64,000 bases of DNA from Bordetella parapertussis (GTDB taxonomy: Bacteria > Pseudomonadota > Gammaproteobacteria > Burkholderiales > SG8-39): assembly GCA_945892985.1 (NCBI GenBank), contig CAMDDU010000005.1, positions 83,254 to 147,253 on the forward strand. The letters run 5' to 3'. The notes below the pieces were generated by a model. It saw only the letters and a program-made list of their open reading frames with translations. It was not told the origin of the DNA and searched no databases. Made by a program: the position numbers and the translations under genes. Below, piece after piece: positions 8,212 through 16,833 of this stretch (its first letter is position 1; each line of letters opens with the position of its first letter).

Positions 8212-9873
8212 TTGAACCAGAGCAGCAACAGGGAATTGTCCGCCCCCCGCCTTGCCGGCCTTGCCGATATCGCCTTTGAGAACAGCTTCGTGCGCGCGCT
8301 TCCCGCCGACCCGGATATGAGCACGCGCCCGCGCCAGGTGCGTGAGGTCAGCTACAGCCGCGTCGAGCCGACACCGGTGCGCGCGCCGCAGATACTGGCT
8401 TGGTCCGCCGCCGTGGGTGACATGCTGGGCATCGCCCGTCCGGATTCGTTCAGTGGCCTTGAGGCCCAGGTGCTGGGCGGCAACCGCGTGTTGCCGGGCA
8501 TGCGGCCTTATGCCGCGCGCTACGGCGGCCACCAGTTCGGGCATTGGGCCGGGCAGCTGGGCGACGGGCGCGCCATCACGCTGGCCGAGCTTGTCGCACC
8601 CGATGCCCAACGCTACGAATTGCAGCTCAAGGGCGCGGGGCTGACGCCGTATTCGCGCACCGCCGACGGCCGTGCCGTGCTGCGCTCCTCGGTGCGCGAA
8701 TATATGTGCAGCGAAGCCATGCATCACCTTGGCGTGCCGACCACGCGCGCGCTCAGTCTGGCCGCCACCGGCGAAATGGTGGTGCGCGATATGTTTTATG
8801 ACGGTAACGCGCAGCCCGAACCGGGCGCCGTGGTTTGCCGCGTCGCGCCGTCGTTTGTGCGTTTCGGCAATTTTGAGATTCTTGCCGCACATGAGGAGCT
8901 GCCGCTGCTCAAGCGCCTGGCCGACTACATCATCAGCACGCACTTCCCGGCGCTGGTGCCCGCAGGTGGGGCGCCCTCGCCCGCGGTTTATGCGCGCTGG
9001 TTCGAGGAGATCTGCCGGCGCACCGCGGTGATGGTCTGCGGCTGGATGCGCGTGGGTTTTGTGCATGGCGTGATGAACACCGACAATATGTCGATACTGG
9101 GGCTGACCGTGGACTACGGCCCCTACGGCTGGCTGGAGGGCTACGATCTGGGCTGGACGCCCAATACCACCGACGGCGAGGGCCGGCGCTATTGCTACGG
9201 CAACCAGCCCAATATCGCGCAATGGAATCTGGTGCGGCTCGCCAACGCCTTGCTGCCGCTCATCAACGACACGGCCGCGCTGGAGCAAGGCCTGGCGGTG
9301 TTCGCCGATACCTTTGTCGCCGAGTCGGACCGCATGCTCAGCGCCAAGCTGGGGCTGGGCCCGCTCAACAGCGAGGGTGACGAGGCCTTGCTCGCCGACC
9401 TGTTCGCCCTGTTGCAGCAGGCCGAAACCGACATGACGCTGTTTTTTCGCAATCTTGCGCGCGTGCCCGTGGCCGATGCGCAAGATGACGCCCTGATGAG
9501 TCCGCTGCGCGATGCTTTCTACGTTCCCGATGTGCTCGCGCCCGGTGCGCCGCACCGCGAACGCCTGATTGCCTGGCTGCGCCGCTACGCGGCGCGCGTG
9601 CGTCTGGAAGAGGCGGGTGGCAGCGCGCCGGCCCCAGGCATTGCGCGCATTGCACGCATGAACGCGGCCAATCCGAAGTATGTGTTGCGTAACTATCTGG
9701 CACAGACGGCGATCGACGCGCTGGCTGCCGGCGATGCGTCGGTGCTCGAGCGCCTGATGCGCGCATTGCAGCGTCCCTACGACGAGCAACCCGAGTATGC
9801 GGACCTGGCCGCGCGCCGCCCCGAGTGGGCGCGGCACAAGGCCGGTTGCTCTGCGCTGTCCTGCAGCTCCTGA
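8212..9873 (+). CDS. selO: Protein adenylyltransferase SelO (YdiU/UPF0061)
   Basis: Motifs YGGHQFGHWAGQLGDGRAI, LQLKGAG.TPYSR, and MNTDNMSILGLT.DYGP(Y)GW. The start is chosen as the TTG at 8212, 9 nt after AAGAGGA. The GTG at 8056 would add a non-homologous leader, and there is no in-frame ATG before the conserved N-terminus. Confidence 0.85.
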   Translation: MNQSSNRELSAPRLAGLADIAFENSFVRALPADPDMSTRPRQVREVSYSRVEPTPVRAPQILAWSAAVGDMLGIARPDSFSGLEAQVLGGNRVLPGMRPYAARYGGHQFGHWAGQLGDGRAITLAELVAPDAQRYELQLKGAGLTPYSRTADGRAVLRSSVREYMCSEAMHHLGVPTTRALSLAATGEMVVRDMFYDGNAQPEPGAVVCRVAPSFVRFGNFEILAAHEELPLLKRLADYIISTHFPALVPAGGAPSPAVYARWFEEICRRTAVMVCGWMRVGFVHGVMNTDNMSILGLTVDYGPYGWLEGYDLGWTPNTTDGEGRRYCYGNQPNIAQWNLVRLANALLPLINDTAALEQGLAVFADTFVAESDRMLSAKLGLGPLNSEGDEALLADLFALLQQAETDMTLFFRNLARVPVADAQDDALMSPLRDAFYVPDVLAPGAPHRERLIAWLRRYAARVRLEEAGGSAPAPGIARIARMNAANPKYVLRNYLAQTAIDALAAGDASVLERLMRALQRPYDEQPEYADLAARRPEWARHKAGCSALSCSS

Positions 9874-9886
9874 GCACGCTCTTCAT

Positions 9887-9981
9887 GTCATTGCGAGGAG
9901 GCGAAGCCAACGCGGCAATCTTGTGGTGTTACGACGGAAGTCACAAGGGCGATGAGATTGCTTCGCTGCGCTCGCAATGAC
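9887..9981. repeat. REP/MITE-like palindromic element, family A (terminal inverted repeats GTCATTGCGAG...CTCGCAATGAC)
   Basis: 95-bp element in the convergent selO/PhyH intergenic region. A second copy lies at 12156..12259 with the same 11-bp termini and the shared internal gcgatgagattgc. Confidence 0.8.
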
Positions 9982-9989
9982 AGGGTAAT

Positions 9990-10025
9990 GGCTGGAAACC
10001 CCCTTGCAGGGCGCGCTTCGGCCGG
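9990..10025. repeat. Degenerate copy of palindromic element family B (GGCTGGAAACC...GGGCGCG...)
   Basis: It shares ggctggaaacc and gggcgcg with the copies at 13086 and 60240, but the 3' arm has decayed. Confidence 0.4.
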
Positions 10026-10108
10026 TAGGTCGAAGTCGTTCGACGGGCGCCCAGAATTCTCGGCGAAACCCCCGTCTCATCATCAGTCGGTCTTTTTCAG
10101 CCTATTGC

Positions 10109-10132
10109 CTTCGTCTTCGTCTTCGTCTTCGT
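10109..10132. repeat. Hexanucleotide microsatellite (cttcgt)x4 abutting the stop codon of the PhyH-like gene
   Basis: Read directly. On the coding strand it is TAA followed by (ACGAAG)x4. Confidence 0.9.
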
Positions 10133-10963
10133 TTAGGCGGCGTAGCTGTGCGCCTGCGGAATCAACTCCGCGCGCGCGGCGTTCCAGCGCTGTATCGCTT
10201 TGGCGTGGACGACCAGCGCGTCCGGGTCGTAATCGGCCAAGGGCCGCGGGTCGATGTCGAAGTGGCCATGCCGATCGGTGCCGCGCGCCAGCGAGGCGGT
10301 CAGCCTGACCTTGCTCGAACAACTGCAACGTGTGGGGATGTAGCTGATGCCAAGGCCTATGCGCCTGTCGTCTGAGCGGTTAGGCATGGAGTTGTGGAAC
10401 AAATAAGTGTGGTGCAGCGAAAATTCGCCCGGCGCTAGCAGCAGCAATTCAATCGGCGCATCCGCGGGCACCTCCAGGCTCTGACCGGTGGCGAACATGT
10501 TGGCGCCGTCTTTTTTCTGGCCGTGCGGCACCTGGCCGCGCAGTTGGCTGCCGGGCAGCACCTGCACGCAGCCGCTCGCCGTGCTGCTGGGCGAGAGCGC
10601 GACCCAGGCGGTGACATGTTCGGCCGGCGACAGGCCGAAGTAAGTCGCATCCTGGTGCCAGCTGATGAAGGCATCGGTCTGCGGCTCTTTCATCCACAGC
10701 GTCAGGTGATAGACCAGGATGTCCGGGCCTATCAGGTCCTCGACGGCATCGAGTATGCGCGGGTGATGCACCACTTCATCGGCCCACTTCAGGTAAAGAT
10801 GCATCTTCCGTTGCCGGTCGGGCGCGAGTCCGTGACCGCGCTCGCCCTCTTCGAGGTGGGCGCGATAGCCGCGTGCCGCCGCGGTGTCAAAGGCGCGCAG
10901 GGGGCTGACATAACCCTTGTCCTGGTAATGGCGTACTTGTTCTGCTGTCAGGAGCTTGTTCAT
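10133..10963 (-). CDS. Phytanoyl-CoA dioxygenase (PhyH) family Fe(II)/2-oxoglutarate oxygenase
   Basis: The ATG at 10963 gives MNKLLTAEQVRHYQDKGYV. The HxD motif is WHQDATY, with a later HH(T) histidine and the R of the 2OG site. It lies 19 bp downstream of a TctC gene on the same strand. Confidence 0.75.
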   Translation of the reverse strand: MNKLLTAEQVRHYQDKGYVSPLRAFDTAAARGYRAHLEEGERGHGLAPDRQRKMHLYLKWADEVVHHPRILDAVEDLIGPDILVYHLTLWMKEPQTDAFISWHQDATYFGLSPAEHVTAWVALSPSSTASGCVQVLPGSQLRGQVPHGQKKDGANMFATGQSLEVPADAPIELLLLAPGEFSLHHTYLFHNSMPNRSDDRRIGLGISYIPTRCSCSSKVRLTASLARGTDRHGHFDIDPRPLADYDPDALVVHAKAIQRWNAARAELIPQAHSYAA

Positions 10964-10982
10964 GGCGGCCGTCCCGAACGTT

Positions 10983-11981
10983 TCAGTTGCTGGTGGCACC
11001 CGTGGTGCGCACCGCGTCCGACCAGGTCTTGCGCTCGCGCGCGAGCAGGGCTTCCCCGGCCTCGGTCGACAGCTTCACCACGATGGTCGAGCGCCTGTCC
11101 ATTTCTTCGGCGTAGGCGGGCGTGGCAATGGCGGCGGCAAACGCGGCGCGCAGCCTGGCCAGCGCTGCGGGTGGCATTGCCGCCGGCGCGACAATGCCGA
11201 ACCAGGTCGGCGCATCGAGCATGGGAAAGCCCGCTTCGACCAGCGTCGGCACGTCGGGCAGTTGCGCCAGGCGTGTCGCGGTACTGACCGCGAGGGCGCG
11301 CAGCTTGCCGCTTTGGATCAGCGGCAGCGTGGTCGAGGAGGCGATGAAGGAAAAGCCGATGCGTCCGGACAGTAAGTCGGTCATTTGCGGATTGGCGCCC
11401 TGGTAGGGCACATGCAGCATTTTTACTTTGGCGGCGGAGGCCATCACTTCGGCGGTGAGGTGCGACAGTGAGCCCACGCCGTTGGAGCCATAGGACACCG
11501 CGCCCGGCTTGCCGCGCGCGAACTCGATGAACTCCTTCATGTTCTTTGCCGGTATGGCGTCCGGGTTGGTGACCAGCACATTGGGCAGGCTGCCCATGAT
11601 GCCGACAAAGCGAAAGTCGGCCTCCGGGTCGTAGTTGAGCTTGCCGTACAAGGGTTTGTTGATGGCGAGGATGGCCTGGCCGGCGACGAGCAGGGTGTAG
11701 CCGTCGGCCGGGCTGCGTGCGACAAACTCGGCGGCGATGTTGCCGCCGGCGCCAGGCTTGTTCTCGACCACCACCGGCTGGCCAAGCTGCGCCGCCAGTG
11801 CGGTGGCGTTGATGCGCGTCATCACATCGGCCGGGCCGCCGGCGGCAAAGGGCACCACCACGCGCAGCGGCTTGTCCGGGTAGCTTTGCGCCCAGCTTGC
11901 GGCCGTGGTGAGGCAAAGCGCGACGGCGAGCGCGAGGACTTGCAGGCGGGCAGGCGTGATGCTGGTGTGAAAACGCGGCAT
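10983..11981 (-). CDS. Bug family (TctC-like) tripartite tricarboxylate transporter substrate-binding protein
   Basis: A signal peptide is followed by the family signature YPDKPLRVVVPFAAGGPADVMTR and VVVENKPGAGGNIAAE. Confidence 0.9.
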   Translation of the reverse strand: MPRFHTSITPARLQVLALAVALCLTTAASWAQSYPDKPLRVVVPFAAGGPADVMTRINATALAAQLGQPVVVENKPGAGGNIAAEFVARSPADGYTLLVAGQAILAINKPLYGKLNYDPEADFRFVGIMGSLPNVLVTNPDAIPAKNMKEFIEFARGKPGAVSYGSNGVGSLSHLTAEVMASAAKVKMLHVPYQGANPQMTDLLSGRIGFSFIASSTTLPLIQSGKLRALAVSTATRLAQLPDVPTLVEAGFPMLDAPTWFGIVAPAAMPPAALARLRAAFAAAIATPAYAEEMDRRSTIVVKLSTEAGEALLARERKTWSDAVRTTGATSN

Positions 11982-12155
11982 GGCAGAACTCCTGAAGCGT
12001 TGCCCCTACAGGAAGGGGTGACGATGCCTTCGATGATATAGGAGTTTGCGCCCGTCCTTCAACAGGTGTACGCCGCAGTATCGCAGTTGACACGGTACTG
12101 GGCCGCCCCTAGAGTGGATTTAGCGTACTGAGGCCTCTTTTGGGGATAAGGTGGT

Positions 12156-12259
12156 GTCATTGCGAGCGTAGCGAAGCAATCGCGTCGCTCTTGCGATGTG
12201 CCGGACAATGCGATGAGATTGCGACGAGATTGCGTCGTCGCTGCGCTCCTCGCAATGAC
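12156..12259. repeat. REP/MITE-like palindromic element, family A, second copy
   Basis: GTCATTGCGAGcgtagcgaagcaatc ... gattgcgtcgtcgctgcgctcCTCGCAATGAC, in the divergent TctC/SDR promoter region. Confidence 0.8.
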
Positions 12260-12309
12260 CGGCATTTTTTTAATTTTAAAATCGTTTTTGATTCGCGGAA
12301 GTGCAAAAC

Positions 12310-13074
12310 ATGGGTGTTGGCAGCGACCTCTCCAATCGTGTGGTGGTGATCACCGGCGCCGCCGGTGACATCGGCTTTGCCATGGCGCGGCGCTTTGCCC
12401 GCACTGGCGCGCGTCTCGCGCTGCTCGAGCGCGACGCCGCCGCGCTACAGGCGCGCTGCGAGGGCGCGCTGGGCGACGCATTGCCGCTTGTCATCGCCTG
12501 CGATATGGCCGATGCCGCCGCACTGCGAGCCGCGGTGCAGCGCATTGCCGCCCATTACGGCGCCATTCATGTCTTGGTGAACAACGCCGCCGCCGTGACA
12601 CCGAAAAACAGCGTCGCCGATTTGCCGCTGGCCGACTGGCAGCAGGCGTTTGCCGTGAACCTCACCGGCGCTTTTTTGATGACGCAGGCGGTGATCCCGC
12701 ATATGCGCGCCGCCGGTGGCGGCGTGGTGCTCAACATCGCCTCGCAACTGGGCCATGTCGCTGCGCCCGGGCAGGCGGCCTATAGCGCAAGCAAGGCGGC
12801 GTTGCTGTCGCTGACGCGCTCCATCGCCGTAGATCACGCCGCCGAGGGCATACGCGCGGTGAGCCTGTCACCCGGCGCGGTGATGACCAGCCGCCTGACT
12901 GCGCGCTACGGCAGCGAGGCGGCTGTCAACAGCGCACTCGCCGGCCGCCATCCGCTGGGGCGGATAGGCACGGCCGATGAAATCGCCGCCGCCGCGCTAT
13001 TCCTCATCAGCGACGGCGCGGCTTTTGTCTCGGGCGCCGACTTGCTGGTGGACGGCGGCTACACCGCCGTTTAG
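12310..13074 (+). CDS. SDR family oxidoreductase
   Basis: TGAAGDIG, NNAA and YSASK motifs are present. The ATG at 12310 is preferred over the GTG at 12301 because GGAAG lies 10 nt upstream. Confidence 0.85.
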   Translation: MGVGSDLSNRVVVITGAAGDIGFAMARRFARTGARLALLERDAAALQARCEGALGDALPLVIACDMADAAALRAAVQRIAAHYGAIHVLVNNAAAVTPKNSVADLPLADWQQAFAVNLTGAFLMTQAVIPHMRAAGGGVVLNIASQLGHVAAPGQAAYSASKAALLSLTRSIAVDHAAEGIRAVSLSPGAVMTSRLTARYGSEAAVNSALAGRHPLGRIGTADEIAAAALFLISDGAAFVSGADLLVDGGYTAV

Positions 13075-13085
13075 GCGCGGCAGAT

Positions 13086-13119
13086 GGCTGAAAACCCGCG
13101 CCCATGGCCGGTTTCCAGC
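13086..13119. repeat. Palindromic element family B (GGCTGAAAACCCGCGCC-N-GGCCGGTTTCCAGC), hairpin-forming
   Basis: It lies in the convergent SDR/IclR intergenic region and is a near-exact reverse complement of the copy at 60240..60274. Confidence 0.75.
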
Positions 13120-13142
13120 TTATTCGTCACCCACCGGATCGG

Positions 13143-13994
13143 CTAAAAATCGACGGCTGCGAGCGCCTGCGTTATCGCGGCTGCAGCCGCGGTGGTGGCG
13201 GTGATCATCCCGGGAAGTTTTTTGGCGGTGATGCGAAAGCGCGGCACGGCGATGGCGATGCAGTGCTGCACCTCTGCGCGCAAGCTGATCGGCGCGGCCA
13301 CACCCCAGACGCCCTCGTCGCGCTCCTCGTCGGTGAGGGCGTAGCCGTCGCGCCGGATGCGCTCGAGCGCTTTGAGCATGGCCGCGCGCGTGGCCAGCGT
13401 TTTTGGGGTGTAGCGCTGCGGTTTGAGCAATTTCATCAGCGGCGTGCGCTCCGGCTCGGGCGCGAAGGCGAGCAGCAGTTTTGCGCTGCCGGTCGCCGGC
13501 CAGGGCAGCAACTGGCTGCGCGTGTAGCTGATGGCCACGCGGTGGCGGCTCTCGATGCGGTCGAGCGTGATCATTTCATGACCGACGCGCTGGTTGAGCA
13601 CCACCAGTTCGCCGTAGCGTTCGGAGAGCGACGCGAGGTGCGGCGCGGCGATGCGGATGACCGAGGTGTTGGAACGGGCCACGCGGGCGAGCGCAAACAC
13701 GCGTGGGCCGAGCCGGTAGCCACCGCCACCGCGCCCATCCTCGATGATCAGCGCATAGCCGCGCAGGCTGGAGACATAGCGGTAGATGGTGCTGCGCGGC
13801 ATGGAGAAGTGCGCGGCAATGTCGTTGACCGTCCAGACCGGTTGCTCTTCGCTGAACAGCAGCAGGATGTCGATGGCGCGGTCGGCTGTCGCGTTGGCCG
13901 ATCCGGCTGCGCTGCGCCCCGCGGTTTTTGGCCGCTTCTCAATCAATGGAGTTCTCGGGCATTCTGCAGCATTCTCAAACGATGGGATTCTCAA
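13143..13994 (-). CDS. IclR family transcriptional regulator
   Basis: N-terminal wHTH: DRAIDILLLFSEEQPVWTVNDIAAHFSMPRSTIYRYVSSL. A C-terminal IclR effector domain is present. There is no in-frame ATG near the 5' end, so the start is the TTG at 13994 or an internal TTG. Confidence 0.85.
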   Translation of the reverse strand: MRIPSFENAAECPRTPLIEKRPKTAGRSAAGSANATADRAIDILLLFSEEQPVWTVNDIAAHFSMPRSTIYRYVSSLRGYALIIEDGRGGGGYRLGPRVFALARVARSNTSVIRIAAPHLASLSERYGELVVLNQRVGHEMITLDRIESRHRVAISYTRSQLLPWPATGSAKLLLAFAPEPERTPLMKLLKPQRYTPKTLATRAAMLKALERIRRDGYALTDEERDEGVWGVAAPISLRAEVQHCIAIAVPRFRITAKKLPGMITATTAAAAAITQALAAVDF

Positions 13995-14120
13995 TTAATG
14001 AATTGATATTCTCATTATACTGCACAACAATTTCGCATCCTGGCGATGTGCGCAACGGTGTGCGCAACGATGTGTGCAAAAATGATGTGGGTAATAACGT
14101 GGGCAACAATAACGTGCGCG
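13991..14120. promoter_or_regulatory. Divergent IclR/VOC control region: palindrome TCAATT-N4-AATTGA, ATTCTCA boxes and about six degenerate direct repeats GTG(C/G)GCAA(C)
   Basis: Palindrome at 13991-14006. The repeats gatgtgcgcaacg gtgtgcgcaacg atgtgtgcaaaaatg atgtgggtaataac gtgggcaacaataac gtgcgcgcg span 14045-14120. An operator function is inferred only. Confidence 0.3.
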
Positions 14121-14209
14121 CGAGAGTTTCCCCCGCGTCCTGCTTCAACCCCACTCGAATAGCGGCCACGTCCGGACACAGGCTGCAAGGCCAACAAGGA
14201 GGAACAGGC

Positions 14210-14746
14210 ATGGCGAAACTTCCCGATGCACAACTGTCGCATATCGGCCTGCGGGTGGGTAACCTGCCGCTGATGATCGCGTTCTACGAGCGCGCGCTGG
14301 GATTGGTGCTGACCGACAAGGGCTCGCTGGGCGGCCGCGACCTCGCCTTTTTGTCGCGCAACCCGGAAGAGCATCACCAGGTGGTGATGGTTCATGACCC
14401 GGCGAGCACGGAGCCGCTGTCAAGCGCGCAGCAAATCTCCTTCAAGCTCAAAACGCTGGAGGACTTGCGCACGTTTTACACCGAACTGCAGGCGCAAAAA
14501 ATAAGCGGCCTTGATGCGCGCGACCACGGCAACAGTTGGAGCCTTTATTTTTTCGATCCCGAAGGCAACAAGATCGAGCTCTACCTGCCCACGCCCTGGC
14601 ATGTCAGCCAGCCCTGGCGCGCAGCGCTGGACCTTGCCATGCCGGCCGATGCGATTCTGGCGCAGACGGCGCAACGCATGAAAGAAAACCCGACCAGCCG
14701 TCCGGTGGCCGAATGGACCGCGGCGATGCGCGAGCGGCTCGCCTGA
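14210..14746 (+). CDS. VOC (glyoxalase/bleomycin-resistance/extradiol dioxygenase) family protein, single module
   Basis: The ATG at 14210 follows AAGGAGGA. LSHIGLRVGNL, the HH...V and SLYFFDPEGNKIEL are typical VOC beta-alpha-beta-beta-beta motifs. The upstream part of ORF 13928.. is the intergenic repeat region. Confidence 0.75.
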   Translation: MAKLPDAQLSHIGLRVGNLPLMIAFYERALGLVLTDKGSLGGRDLAFLSRNPEEHHQVVMVHDPASTEPLSSAQQISFKLKTLEDLRTFYTELQAQKISGLDARDHGNSWSLYFFDPEGNKIELYLPTPWHVSQPWRAALDLAMPADAILAQTAQRMKENPTSRPVAEWTAAMRERLA

Positions 14747-14874
14747 TTCGCCCCGGGCTCAGACTGCCTTACGCTGGCGCCTGACTGCTAGCACAGCCAA
14801 ACATCTGAACAGACCCGCCGCGGCAGGCCGCGGCGCAAACCCATAACAAGTAACAAGCCAAGAGGAGGAGCATC

Positions 14875-15801
14875 ATGTCCACACCCGCCACGCCCGTCAC
14901 ATCAGCGACATCTGCCACACCCAACACAGCCGAACACCGCTCGATCTGGACGCACATGATGAAGCTGCCGTTTCGTCAGGACTGGATTATGGCGGGGGGC
15001 ATCAACACCCGTTACGCGCAGGCCGGTTCGTCCGACAAGCCGGCGTTGCTGATGCTGCACGGCACGGCCGGCAGCTGGGAGGGGTTTTCCGCCAACCTCG
15101 CCGCGCACGCGCCGCATTTCAATTGCTTTGCCATCGATATGATAGGCAGCGGTTTTTCCGACAAACCGGATCGCGACTACGAGATCGCCGACTATGTGCG
15201 GCACGCCAAGGACTTTCTTGATGCGGTGGGGGTCAAGCGCAGCTCCATCATGGGCTGCTCGCTCGGCGCATGGGTGGCGGCGCGCTTTGCGCTGACGCAC
15301 CCGGGCGCCACCGACAAGCTGATCCTGCTGTCGGCGGCCGGCGTGTTCGCCAATGCCTCCAACATGAACCGCATTCGCAACGCGCGCTCCAAGGCGGTCA
15401 GCGAACCGAGCTGGGAAAATATCAAACCGATATTCGACCACCTGCTGCAAAAGCCCGAGGCGCGCATCCCCGACATCATCGCGGTGCGCCAGGCGGTGTA
15501 CCGCGAGCCGGGCATGGCGCGTGCGATGGAACACATCCTGTGCCTGCAGGACCCGGACATCCGTCCGCGCAACCTGATCAGCGAGGCGGAGTGGAAAAAA
15601 ATAAGCGCGCCGACGCTGGCCATCGGTTCGCTCGCCGACAAGGACGAATATCTGGAGACCGCGCGTCTGGTGTCCAAGCTGATCCCGAACGCGCGCTATG
15701 TCGAAATGGACGGCGTTGGACACTGGCCGCAGTTCGAGGATCCGGACGTGTTCAATAAAATCAGCGTCGAATTTTTGCGCGCACTCGCACCCTCGCTGTG
15801 A
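14875..15801 (+). CDS. Alpha/beta hydrolase, meta-cleavage-product (C-C bond) hydrolase-like (MhpC/BphD type)
   Basis: A strong RBS (GAGGAGGAG) precedes the start. Motifs: LLMLHG, nucleophile elbow GCSLG, C-terminal GHWPQFE. The N-terminus is low-complexity and Thr/Pro/Ser/Ala-rich. Confidence 0.8.
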   Translation: MSTPATPVTSATSATPNTAEHRSIWTHMMKLPFRQDWIMAGGINTRYAQAGSSDKPALLMLHGTAGSWEGFSANLAAHAPHFNCFAIDMIGSGFSDKPDRDYEIADYVRHAKDFLDAVGVKRSSIMGCSLGAWVAARFALTHPGATDKLILLSAAGVFANASNMNRIRNARSKAVSEPSWENIKPIFDHLLQKPEARIPDIIAVRQAVYREPGMARAMEHILCLQDPDIRPRNLISEAEWKKISAPTLAIGSLADKDEYLETARLVSKLIPNARYVEMDGVGHWPQFEDPDVFNKISVEFLRALAPSL

Positions 15802-15846
15802 GTGGCGTGGGGACGCGGTCTTAAAAACAGTTCAAGGAGGAGTGCC

Positions 15847-16821
15847 ATGAAATTATTTCGTCTCGCCGCAGTTGCGGCCGCGGTGTTCGTGCTGTGCAGT
15901 CTGCAGGCGCTGGCGCAGTCCTATCCGGCCAGGCCGGTGAAGATTGTCGTGACTTTCGCGGCCGGTGGGTCGGCCGACATATTCGCGCGCTCCATGGCGC
16001 CTTTCCTGTCGGCGGAGCTGGGGCAGCCGGTCATCGTCGAGAACAAGCCGGGCGCGGGCAACATCATCGCCGCCGAGTACGTCGCGCGCAGCCCGGCCGA
16101 TGGTTATACGCTGCTGCTGGCGCCCGACCCGGTGCTGGCGACCAACCCGCTGCTGTATTCCAAGCTCCCCTATGACGCGGTCAAGGACTTCGCGCCGGTG
16201 AGCATGCTGGTGCGCTTTGGCCTGGGCATTGTTATCAGCAGCGCGGTGCCGGCCAATTCATTGCAGGAACTGGTCGCCTATGCCAAGGCCAATCCGGGCA
16301 AGCTCAACTACGGCTCCTTCGGGCCGGGCACCGCGCCGCACCTGGTGATGGAATTGTTCAACAGCGTCGCCGGTGTGAACATCGTGCACGTGCCCTACAA
16401 GGGCGTTGCGCCGGTGCTGATCGATCTCATCGCCGGTGTGGTGCAGGCCTCCTCGATGAGCCCTGGCCCGGCGACGCCAGGGGTGAAAAGCGGCCGCCTG
16501 CGCATGCTGGCCGTTGACGGCAGCAAGCGCTCGACGCTGATGCCCGATGTGCCCACTTACGCCGAATCGGGATTTCCGGCGATGCGGGCGCCGGCCTGGT
16601 GGGGCATTGTCGCGCCGGCGGCGACGCCGCGCGCGGTGATCGACAGGTTGCAACGCGATATCGCCAGGGTGCTGAAGAACCCGGCCTTCTATGAAGCCAA
16701 TGCCGTGCGCCAGGGCTATGAGCCTGTGGGGGGCACGCCCGAGGAGTTCGCTGCGGCGATACGCGACACCACCGCCTTGTGGGCGCCGATCATCAAGGGC
16801 GCCAACATCAGGCTCGATTAA
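15847..16821 (+). CDS. Bug family (TctC-like) substrate-binding protein
   Basis: The ATG at 15847 follows AAGGAGGA. A signal peptide is followed by YPARPVKIVVTFAAGGSADIFAR and VIVENKPGAG. Confidence 0.9.
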   Translation: MKLFRLAAVAAAVFVLCSLQALAQSYPARPVKIVVTFAAGGSADIFARSMAPFLSAELGQPVIVENKPGAGNIIAAEYVARSPADGYTLLLAPDPVLATNPLLYSKLPYDAVKDFAPVSMLVRFGLGIVISSAVPANSLQELVAYAKANPGKLNYGSFGPGTAPHLVMELFNSVAGVNIVHVPYKGVAPVLIDLIAGVVQASSMSPGPATPGVKSGRLRMLAVDGSKRSTLMPDVPTYAESGFPAMRAPAWWGIVAPAATPRAVIDRLQRDIARVLKNPAFYEANAVRQGYEPVGGTPEEFAAAIRDTTALWAPIIKGANIRLD

Positions 16822-16833
16822 GAAAGATTCGCA

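Noticed and set aside
8170-9837. 555-aa ORF antisense to selO
   Set aside because: The translation is Arg/Gly/Ala-rich with no motifs. It lies entirely inside a well-supported selO frame, which is the typical high-GC antisense artefact.
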